Shown: positions 56,707-64,000 of the stretch, piece by piece
Position numbering within the stretch: the stretch's first letter is position 1
Layout of the letters: each line of letters opens with the position of its first letter
From: Candidatus Aenigmatarchaeota archaeon
GTDB lineage: Archaea; Aenigmatarchaeota; Aenigmatarchaeia; Aenigmatarchaeales; JACQIB01
Assembly (NCBI GenBank): GCA_016198755.1
Contig: JACQIB010000004.1
Span: forward strand, 32,001-96,000
Direction of reading: 5' to 3'
DNA length: 64,000 nt
Translations under genes and position numbers: made by a program
The notes under the pieces: model-generated
Seen by the model: the letters and a program-made list of their open reading frames with translations, nothing else
Databases searched by the model: none
What the model was told of the DNA's origin: nothing

Positions 56707-57528
56707 CTATTTTATAAGCCCTGCAAGAAAGGCAAAAATTCCCACAAACATCCCAATTTTCATTAGTTTCTGTGCTTTTGCCGGATCTGAGAAGCTAAGT
56801 GCTAATGAATATAGGTTCAAAATAAAGACAGGCACAAGGAGTACGATATAATATACTCCCAGAGCTCCCAGTAAATATGGTATTGGAGCTATAATCAATG
56901 AAACAATTATAAGTGCAGCTGCTGTGTGCGGAGCATATTCCCCAAGCAATATAGCAAGAGTGCGGATTCTGGCTTTTTTATCACCTGCTATATCCTCTAT
57001 TCCCTTCACAGTTTCTCTTGCAAGGTTTGATAAAAAGCTAATTGCAAAAATAATCCATACAGTTGGTGTTATAGAGTTTGTAAGCAGGGAACCGAACAAA
57101 AAGCTTGAGGCTGCTAACCAACTATCCACGGGATGCCCTGTTACTGTTCTCTTGATTTTTGCATTGTAAGCTATTAGCAAAGCAGAGTTAACAACAGCAA
57201 AAGCAAGCATGTAAACATTTGTAAATGCAGCTAATATAATTCCTAAAATTATCAGTGCAAATCCAAACAATCTTGCCCCAACATCAGAAACCCTGCCGGA
57301 TGGTATTGGCCTTTCAGGCTTGTTTACCTTATCAATCTCCTTATCATAATAGTCATTAAGAGTGTTCCCGCCCGCTGTTATCAGCATTACAGCTGCTACA
57401 GCAGCAAAGAACGGAAGGGAAAAAGGTGGAGCCACACCCCCGAGTAAAGCTCCAACTAAAACAGCAAACCCACTTAAAATCCAAACACTCGGTCTTGTTA
57501 TTTCTATCCAGGCAAACATTGATATCAC
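56707..57528 (-). CDS. UbiA-family prenyltransferase, probably digeranylgeranylglyceryl phosphate synthase
   Basis: GGN-LNDYYD-EID-VNKPERPIPSG, RE-VK-IEDI-GD, multi-TM. Confidence 0.87.
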   Translation of the reverse strand: MISMFAWIEITRPSVWILSGFAVLVGALLGGVAPPFSLPFFAAVAAVMLITAGGNTLNDYYDKEIDKVNKPERPIPSGRVSDVGARLFGFALIILGIILAAFTNVYMLAFAVVNSALLIAYNAKIKRTVTGHPVDSWLAASSFLFGSLLTNSITPTVWIIFAISFLSNLARETVKGIEDIAGDKKARIRTLAILLGEYAPHTAAALIIVSLIIAPIPYLLGALGVYYIVLLVPVFILNLYSLALSFSDPAKAQKLMKIGMFVGIFAFLAGLIK

Positions 57529-57550
57529 ACAAGAATTAGTTTCCGGCTTA

Positions 57551-57727
57551 TTAAACTTTCCTTTCTTTGTTCTTCTGCCTTAATCCATGGTAACCGCACT
57601 TTCTGCATTTTACTTTTCCAGACTTAACCTGTCCTGAATCAGCGCGGATTTTAGCGTTGCATTTCATGCAAACCCAGACTCTCTCGTAAATCCTGTTGAA
57701 TGCTGCAGCCATTTTTACCTTTGCCAT
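57551..57727 (-). CDS. rpl40e: 50S ribosomal protein L40e (58 aa, below ORF-track cutoff)
   Basis: Manual translation MAKVKMAAAFNRIYERVWVCMKCNAKIRADSGQVKSGKVKCRKCGYHGLRQKNKERKV. Confidence 0.9.
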   Translation of the reverse strand: MAKVKMAAAFNRIYERVWVCMKCNAKIRADSGQVKSGKVKCRKCGYHGLRQKNKERKV

Positions 57728-57769
57728 ATAAACCAGAGAATACTGTGTACAGAGAGGTTAAATAGGTTA

Positions 57770-58375
57770 CTATAGAGCACCAATGTGTATCGTAATTTTT
57801 ATGAGGAAAATAGCAGCTATTATTAATAAAATAGCTGCGGGCAGTGCCCAACTTAATATTGCTTTTAGAATGCTAAATCTATGAGCTTCGTGTATGGCTG
57901 CTGTCAATGGATAAAAATAGTATGCTTCAAAAAGGTATATTAAAGGTATACCATATATATTGATAGACGATATAAAAGATATTAAATTAGTAACTATAAC
58001 GATAGGAACAGTATAAAGAGCTACCAAATATAATTGTGTTGTAAAACAACCTTTACCGCTAAGTATCTTCGCAAATATATGGCAAAGCCCAGAGAAAATT
58101 ACCGAACCTAATAATACGAAAAGAAAAGCTAGAATAAATTCCCCTAGGAATAACGCAGCATTTCCAGATGATGTTACAGTATCTGATAAATGTAAAAAAT
58201 TTACAAATGAAAAGCTATCGGGTTGCAATATAGTCCTAAGTCCATCCAATATACCAGCGAGTGTTCCCCCAATAAGTATAAGTTTTATGCTACCTTGCAA
58301 ACTAGCATCCTTGGTAATGTGTCTAAAAGTATCAAACGGCATAAGTAACGCAAATAACAACGTCTTAAAATCCAT
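57770..58375 (-). CDS. Yip1-family membrane protein
   Basis: L-P--TF..I, five TM segments, H--AK-L-GKG-F, AIHEAH-FS--KA. Confidence 0.75.
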   Translation of the reverse strand: MDFKTLLFALLMPFDTFRHITKDASLQGSIKLILIGGTLAGILDGLRTILQPDSFSFVNFLHLSDTVTSSGNAALFLGEFILAFLFVLLGSVIFSGLCHIFAKILSGKGCFTTQLYLVALYTVPIVIVTNLISFISSINIYGIPLIYLFEAYYFYPLTAAIHEAHRFSILKAILSWALPAAILLIIAAIFLIKITIHIGAL

Positions 58376-58471
58376 AAAAATTCAAATCTATTAGAGCTAA
58401 AAGCAATATAAACCTTCCACTCTAGTTCACTTTTTCCTAGCAAGCCCGTGCACAATCTTGTTAATGTAAAT

Positions 58472-59293
58472 TCAGCGCATTTTCATTTCTTTCAGCTTTC
58501 TAATTCTTTCCTCTATTGGAGGATGGGTAGAAAACAAACCTGCAATCCAGCCTGCTGAGAAAGGGTTTACAATCCATAAATGGGCTGATGCAGGGTTTCC
58601 CTTGATTGGATGTGCTTTTGCAGCAGCCCCAAGCTTCTGGAGAGCTGAAGCCAAACCCAGAGGATTTTTTGTAATCAATGCTCCAGTATAGTCAGCCTGC
58701 AGTTCTCTCCCCCTGCTGATTGCCATCTGTACCAGAGCAGCAGAGATAGGAGCTAAAATAACCAAAGGCAGTAGATAGATAAAACCCCCCTTTCTGCTAT
58801 CCCCTCCAATAGAGAGCCACCATGCCATGTTTGCTAAAAAGGAAATAGCTCCCCCTACTGTTGCTGCTATTGTAGAAACTAAAGTATCCCTGTTCTTTAT
58901 GTGCGAGAGCTCGTGAGCCAAAACACCTTCAATCTCCTCATCATTCATCAGCTCTTTCAGTCCCCTTGTTACAGCAACAGCAGAATGTTCTGGGTTTCTT
59001 CCTGTTGCAAAAGCATTTGGCACAGGCAAGTCAACAAAATAAAGTTTTGGAACAGGTATTTCAGCCCCTTTAGCTATCCTCTGAACCATACCTTCTATTT
59101 TCTTGTCCTTCAAGGGCTGCGCTCTATAAATTCCTAGAACAATCTTGTCAGAAAACCAGTAGCTTACAAAGTTAATTAGAAGAGCAAAACCAAAAGCAAT
59201 GGCAACTCCCCCTGTCCCTCCCAAGAGAAAGCCAAAACCAAGTAAAATTGCTGTCAGTATACCCAAAAGCAGTGTTGTTCTTAATATAGCCAT
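58472..59293 (-). CDS. htpX: Zinc metalloprotease HtpX (M48)
   Basis: PNAFATGR, GVLAHELSH, SR-RE--AD, FSTHPP. Confidence 0.95.
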   Translation of the reverse strand: MAILRTTLLLGILTAILLGFGFLLGGTGGVAIAFGFALLINFVSYWFSDKIVLGIYRAQPLKDKKIEGMVQRIAKGAEIPVPKLYFVDLPVPNAFATGRNPEHSAVAVTRGLKELMNDEEIEGVLAHELSHIKNRDTLVSTIAATVGGAISFLANMAWWLSIGGDSRKGGFIYLLPLVILAPISAALVQMAISRGRELQADYTGALITKNPLGLASALQKLGAAAKAHPIKGNPASAHLWIVNPFSAGWIAGLFSTHPPIEERIRKLKEMKMR

Positions 59294-59817
59294 TAAACCA
59301 ACCAATCTATCTGTTTTCTCTTTACCTTCTGCCCTTTAAAAACCTTTTCTGTTCCACTAAAGGCAGAGTTCACAGAACTTGTACAGTCAAATTCGTACAC
59401 AGCAGAATGTTTTTGTTTTGCTTCGCAGGAAATTACTCCCACAAGCTCAGCTTCCATATTTTCCTTTATCTTTATTTTTGAGTACTTCCTTTTTTTCAGT
59501 CTTTTCTCTAAAACAATAGGAGAGCAGCGCAGAACAATAACAGCACTCACAAGCTTTGTTGGTAGTAAGTGGGAAAGGTGGGAAACAACTGCAATCCTTT
59601 CATTTTTCTGCTTTCCTATCCATAATTTTACATATTTGTTTATTTTTCTCTGGTCTGCAATGTAGCTTTTTAGTTTCTTATCATAGCCAGAATAAAGTTT
59701 CTTCCTGACAACAGCCCTGTTAAGCTCTAGCACAGCCCAGCCTTTGCTCTTCAGTATTTTGGCAAGTGTGCTCTTTCCAACTCCCGGAGTACCAGTTATT
59801 GCAATTATCTTCCTCAA
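59293..59817 (-). CDS. Adenylate kinase 6 / Fap7-family NMP kinase
   Basis: ITGTPGVGKST, SHLSH, VLRC-P--L--RL--R-Y---KI-EN-EAE. Confidence 0.88.
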   Translation of the reverse strand: MRKIIAITGTPGVGKSTLAKILKSKGWAVLELNRAVVRKKLYSGYDKKLKSYIADQRKINKYVKLWIGKQKNERIAVVSHLSHLLPTKLVSAVIVLRCSPIVLEKRLKKRKYSKIKIKENMEAELVGVISCEAKQKHSAVYEFDCTSSVNSAFSGTEKVFKGQKVKRKQIDWLV

Positions 59818-60404
59818 ATTTTCACACCCATTTCCTTCAGGTCATCCACAAGCTTTTCATATCCTTCAAATTTTAAAACCTTAAATCCAAGCAGGCGTGC
59901 AGGAAGAAGATTTCTTTCATGGTTATCAATAAACAAACACTCACCGGCAGGAACAGCCAAATCTTTCAAAACCTTCTGGTATATTGAAAGCCCGGGCTTT
60001 ATCATATCAAAATCAGAGCTGATAAAAGTTTTATAAAAAAGCCCGCTTATTTCAGCCTCAACCCAGTCGCGTGCATAGTTGCTGAGCGCAACAACCTTGT
60101 AACCCTTTTTATCCAGCCTTTTAATGAGCCTGCGCACGCGCGAGTTTGGTTTAAGCTTGCTTTTCAGTATCTGCTCAAGCTTTTCCGGAGGCATTTCCAG
60201 CCCAAGGCTCTGAACAATGCCGCGGAAATACTCTTCAGGAGTTATCTCCCCCTTTGATACTTTATTCCAGTAGATTGCTGCCACAGTCCTGACTTTCCAC
60301 CAGTTTTTCCCATGTTTCTTGGAAATATAGTCAGCTGTTTCAGGTGTAAAAAAATCAGGTATCAAAACCCCGCCCAAATCAAATATTACAACTTTTATTG
60401 TCAT
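59814..60404 (-). CDS. HAD-superfamily hydrolase
   Basis: IFDLGGVL, LSN, KP, FID. Confidence 0.9.
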   Translation of the reverse strand: MTIKVVIFDLGGVLIPDFFTPETADYISKKHGKNWWKVRTVAAIYWNKVSKGEITPEEYFRGIVQSLGLEMPPEKLEQILKSKLKPNSRVRRLIKRLDKKGYKVVALSNYARDWVEAEISGLFYKTFISSDFDMIKPGLSIYQKVLKDLAVPAGECLFIDNHERNLLPARLLGFKVLKFEGYEKLVDDLKEMGVKI

Positions 60405-62209
60405 TTAATCCACCCAAGGGAACGGAAGAATTCTGTTATAGCTTTTATAAGTTCCTCCCAGAAACTCTGTAACTGTGGAACAGGCCTTTCAATTACAGTT
60501 ACAATTATAGAGCTGGAAGTTGAAAAGCTTTCAGTTGAGGCAAAAACCTGTATTACACCATCTGTCTTGTCAGAAGGAACAAACCTTATTTTAACTGTTT
60601 TTGTTCCATCAGGCTCAAGAAAAACAGTAGATGTTTCATTTTTCAGCTTTAGTCCTATTGTCTGGGCAACAGACAGTTTACTTGTCAGCAAAACAGAAAC
60701 ATTGTAGGGATCTGCTGCAAACATTGTTTCATTTGCTGAAACCGTTATATCAAACGGTTTTTTTGAGATGACTGTTATGTTCTGCTGGGAAAGGGCGCCT
60801 GCAGCATATGCATAGACAGTGAAATTATCTTTTCCAGCTACAATAGTACCATCATACAGGAGTTCATCCCCCTTGCTCGTGAAAATTCTTGAAAACGGAG
60901 CAGAAACCTGCATTTGTTCCCCGAGAACAACAGATGTTTTGCTTATGCTCAGCTGCGGTGGCGGTGCAATGCCTCCGCCAGTAAATGCAAAACTAACACT
61001 CTTGTCTTCCCCTGAGCTTGTATAGACAGAGAGCGGACAGGTATACTTTGTGCCTTTCTGTATGTCTGGCAGCTTAAAGAACGAATAATAAGTTTTATTT
61101 CCGCAGATTGTTACAGGAACATCCTTTTCCCCACCCTTCATAAACTGGCTTCCCTGATAAACGCAGCTCTGTGCAGTAAACTTTGTCTGGACGCAGGAAT
61201 CAGAGCTGAGTTTTGTCCTGAGAACAGCCCAGCCAGCCCCAAACCCAGAGTCCATTAGACTACTGTCTAATTTAACAACAGGCGCTTCCTTGAACTCCAA
61301 AATCCTGAATTTTGCATCCACTTCGTTTATGTTTATGCCGAGGTTTCCCCTTCCCCTGACCTGTGCTGTTGCCTGCGGCACAGAAATATCCGGAATAGAA
61401 GCAAACTTTATATGGGTTGCATCAGTAAATCCTATCTCAGACCATGTTGGATCTGATGGATAACCTCCAACTTCTGTCCATGCATGAGGCACAAAATCCT
61501 GGGCAATTTTAAATCCCCTCCCATATGCATACCCATAATTATAGGTTGCCTGCAGTCCAATGCTTCTGGAAAGTGCCATTAAAAGCGTGGAAAACTCATC
61601 ACAAACCCCTTTTCTAATATTTAAAACAGTTTTTGCGCTTAAGTTTACATCAGAGTAATTCAAATCATATTCTATATTGTTATTAACCCACTGTGTAAGG
61701 GAAAATACTCTGTCCATTTCCGAACCAGTGGCAAGTGTTTCAGCCAGAGCTTTTATTTCAGGATCAGCAGATTGTATTGCATCCGTGGGTTTCATCCATT
61801 CCTCTCCAGTTCTTATCTGGGCAGAAGTCTGCTTGTGGTTTTCCACAGTAGTTTTTACTGTAAACATAGGGCTTTCTTTTGGGTTCTGCCACTTTATCTG
61901 TATAAGAGAATTACCCCAGTTGTCATTTACAATTGAATAGGCACATATATTCTCAAAGTTTTCAGAAAGCTTGCATAATCCTGTTTGATCTTTTACTTCA
62001 GTTATTTCTGTTTTCTGAGACTCTGTATTTTGAGGTATATAGATTTTGGCCTGCAGTGTGGAAACTTCCCCAGTTATTGTTAGTGTTCCTGACTGTTCCA
62101 CAGCTGTTTTAATATAGTTGACTTTAGTTGCATCCTTTATCTCCTGCGCTCCAGCAGGCAGCGAAACTAAAATAAGTGCAATAAAAACTGCAAAAACCAC
62201 TTTCCACAT
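60401..62209 (-). CDS. Secreted transglutaminase-like domain protein
   Basis: Signal peptide; GVCDEFS, PHAW-EV, DPTW (Cys-His-Asp triad). Confidence 0.85.
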   Translation of the reverse strand: MWKVVFAVFIALILVSLPAGAQEIKDATKVNYIKTAVEQSGTLTITGEVSTLQAKIYIPQNTESQKTEITEVKDQTGLCKLSENFENICAYSIVNDNWGNSLIQIKWQNPKESPMFTVKTTVENHKQTSAQIRTGEEWMKPTDAIQSADPEIKALAETLATGSEMDRVFSLTQWVNNNIEYDLNYSDVNLSAKTVLNIRKGVCDEFSTLLMALSRSIGLQATYNYGYAYGRGFKIAQDFVPHAWTEVGGYPSDPTWSEIGFTDATHIKFASIPDISVPQATAQVRGRGNLGININEVDAKFRILEFKEAPVVKLDSSLMDSGFGAGWAVLRTKLSSDSCVQTKFTAQSCVYQGSQFMKGGEKDVPVTICGNKTYYSFFKLPDIQKGTKYTCPLSVYTSSGEDKSVSFAFTGGGIAPPPQLSISKTSVVLGEQMQVSAPFSRIFTSKGDELLYDGTIVAGKDNFTVYAYAAGALSQQNITVISKKPFDITVSANETMFAADPYNVSVLLTSKLSVAQTIGLKLKNETSTVFLEPDGTKTVKIRFVPSDKTDGVIQVFASTESFSTSSSIIVTVIERPVPQLQSFWEELIKAITEFFRSLGWIK

Positions 62210-62264
62210 AGGAAAACTTATGGTTAACCCTTAATTTAAATCTCTTTAACCCCAAAAGAAACCC

Positions 62265-63206
62265 ATGACAGACCTCTGGATAGAGAAGTATAGACCACAC
62301 TCCCTTTCTGAAGTATATGGGCAGGAAGCTGTGGTAGAAAGGCTGAAAGGGTTTTTGAAGAAGGGAATTCCGCACATGATTTTTGCTGGACCTGCAGGCT
62401 GCGGGAAAACCTCAGCAGCATTAGCTTTGGCGCATGATATGTTCGGTGAGAGCTGGCGGGGCAATCTTTTGGAACAAAATGCAAGCGATGAAAGGGGGAT
62501 TGATGTTATAAGGAACAAAGTAAAGGATTTTGCGCGCACCAAACCTCTGGGTGTTCCATACAGGCTTATTCTGTTAGATGAGGCAGATGCATTAACAGCT
62601 GATGCGCAGCATGCTCTCCGCAGAACAATGGAAAAATACTCTGAGACTGCAAGGTTTATTTTAATTGCAAACTATTCAAACAAGCTTATAGATCCAATCC
62701 AATCCCGCTGTGCAATTTTCAGGTTCAGGCCCTTGGACAGGGAGAAAGCAAAACAGTATTTGGTTTCTGTACTGGAAAAGGAGGGAATAAAAGCCAGCGC
62801 CGGAGCCATAGAAGCTGTTCTGGATATAGCAGAAGGGGATATGCGCCGCGCGTTAAATATTATGCAGTCCTGCTCATCTACATCTGATTCTATAGAAGAG
62901 AAAACTGTTTATGAAACTGTTGCAGCAGCTGAACCCGGTAGAGTGAAAGCAATGATTGCACTTGCACTGAAGGGGGAGTTTATTGGCTCCCGCACAGTGC
63001 TTTTGGAACTTCTGGGCGAGGGAATAGCCGGAGAAGACATAATGCGGGAAGCAGCAAAGCAACTTTACTCTGTAGAAATGGAAGAACCCAAAAGGGCTGC
63101 AGTAATAGAAAAGGCTGGAGAGTTTGAGTGGCGTTTAGCTAGCGGAGGAAATCCACAGATACAAATAGAGGCATTTTTAGCATTCTTAGCAGCGCAGCCG
63201 AAGTGA
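62265..63206 (+). CDS. rfcS: Replication factor C small subunit
   Basis: WIEKYRP, GPAGCGKT, NASDERGID, LDEAD, IQSRC, GDMR. Confidence 0.96.
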   Translation: MTDLWIEKYRPHSLSEVYGQEAVVERLKGFLKKGIPHMIFAGPAGCGKTSAALALAHDMFGESWRGNLLEQNASDERGIDVIRNKVKDFARTKPLGVPYRLILLDEADALTADAQHALRRTMEKYSETARFILIANYSNKLIDPIQSRCAIFRFRPLDREKAKQYLVSVLEKEGIKASAGAIEAVLDIAEGDMRRALNIMQSCSSTSDSIEEKTVYETVAAAEPGRVKAMIALALKGEFIGSRTVLLELLGEGIAGEDIMREAAKQLYSVEMEEPKRAAVIEKAGEFEWRLASGGNPQIQIEAFLAFLAAQPK

Positions 63207-63246
63207 AAACATAAGCTTTATATAGCTTTCTTTCCTATTGCTTCGC

Positions 63247-63567
63247 ATGGAAGGACTACCACTAAAGTATATAGCAATCGTGCTTGTGGCTGCGATTGTG
63301 ATTGTAGCTGTTTACTCAGTAGCCAGCACATTCACAGGTCAGGCTTCACAGGGCGGTTCACAGCTAAGCAATGTAGTCGGCGGCGGAGTTAATGCAACTG
63401 GCCAGGATGCCTGCGCAAAGTTGGGTGGAGAATGGTTTATGGCCAAAGCACCAAGTCCAAATGTAGGGAAATATGCCTGCGTATACAGCCAGACAGACTG
63501 TGAGCAGAACGGTGGAACCTGGCCTACGGGAACCACTACTACAGGAACCAACCCTAAGTGCACATAA
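63247..63567 (+). CDS. Pilin-like membrane-anchored protein
   Basis: MEGLPLKYIAIVLVAAIVI N-terminal helix; two C---GG-W motifs. Confidence 0.5.
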   Translation: MEGLPLKYIAIVLVAAIVIVAVYSVASTFTGQASQGGSQLSNVVGGGVNATGQDACAKLGGEWFMAKAPSPNVGKYACVYSQTDCEQNGGTWPTGTTTTGTNPKCT

Positions 63568-63631
63568 AACCGCTGACAAGGCTTCATTATTTCTTTTGGA
63601 GCCGTTTTCCTAGCTTTGCAAGGGGTTTGGA

Positions 63632-63880
63632 ATGAGAATAGAAGTTAAAGCTAAACCAGGTTCCAAAGAGGAAAAGGCAGAGTTTAGGGATGGGAAATTG
63701 ATTGTTTTCTTAAAAGAGCCTGCTGAAAAGGGAAAGGCTAATATTGCTTTGATAAAGCTTTTATCAGGAATTTTCGGGAGTGCAAGGATTGTTTCTGGTG
63801 TAAAATCAAAGAAAAAGGTTGTTGAGCTGCCACAGGGTTCTATAGAAGAGATAAAAGCTCAGGCAACCTCTACATCATGA
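63632..63880 (+). CDS. DUF167 (YggU-like) protein
   Basis: VKAKPGS...P-EKGKAN-ALI--L...IVSG-KS-KK. Confidence 0.88.
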   Translation: MRIEVKAKPGSKEEKAEFRDGKLIVFLKEPAEKGKANIALIKLLSGIFGSARIVSGVKSKKKVVELPQGSIEEIKAQATSTS

Positions 63881-64000
63881 GCACCGCTTTCCTTCTTCCC
63901 TGCTTCTGAAATTTTAACAAACTCAGAGTTCTTTTGCAGTTCAGCTATATTCTTTGCACCAGAATAGCTCATTCCAGAGCGCAGACCCCCAAGCAATTGG
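63859..64000 (-). CDS. guaB: IMP dehydrogenase / GMP reductase family, C-terminal end (partial)
   Basis: [46 protein letters not shown]. Confidence 0.88.
   Translation of the reverse strand, partial: QLLGGLRSGMSYSGAKNIAELQKNSEFVKISEAGKKESGAHDVEVA

Noticed and set aside
57770-58375. AT-rich Yip1 gene as a horizontally acquired island
   Set aside because: Ile/Phe/Leu-rich membrane protein composition may explain it; no flanking repeats found
59293-59817. Missing acidic residue before SHLSH in the AK6/Fap7 kinase
   Set aside because: Single substitution in a divergent lineage; too weak to call inactivation
1-64000. CRISPR array, rRNA, IS elements, stop-codon recoding
   Set aside because: No regularly spaced repeats, rRNA-like tracts or transposases seen; conserved genes are intact in the standard code

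Overview
Gene-dense archaeal window in the standard genetic code, most likely from a DPANN lineage (inference from the L40e variant, the Ig-repeat surface proteins and the compact layout). Housekeeping genes include aspS, pyrH, pyrG, smc-scpA-scpB, rfcS, rpl40e, htpX, a partial guaB, GGR with ferredoxin, DGGGP synthase, a split Hef helicase/ERCC4 pair, a HerA-like ATPase and a tRNA-Thr(GGT) with two non-canonical introns. Positions 1-15.3 kb hold a cluster of PQQ-propeller, Ig-repeat and PGF-pre-PGF surface proteins. The standout is a family of four paralogous, mosaic, membrane-anchored proteins (1606, 2064, about 700 and 1663 aa). They share a [SN]PF(I/V)xxSG linker plus transmembrane segment, carry interchangeable N-terminal adhesin/lectin modules, and three of them end in pre-toxin, PD-(D/E)xK-like nuclease and/or HExxH metallopeptidase modules. 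They look like an archaeal polymorphic toxin or host-interaction system with no obvious immunity genes. Also seen: a RelE toxin-antitoxin cassette flanked by a duplicated aspS 3' end, an unusually short (833 aa) SMC, and operator-like repeats. All assignments come from motif reading by eye; no database searches were run.
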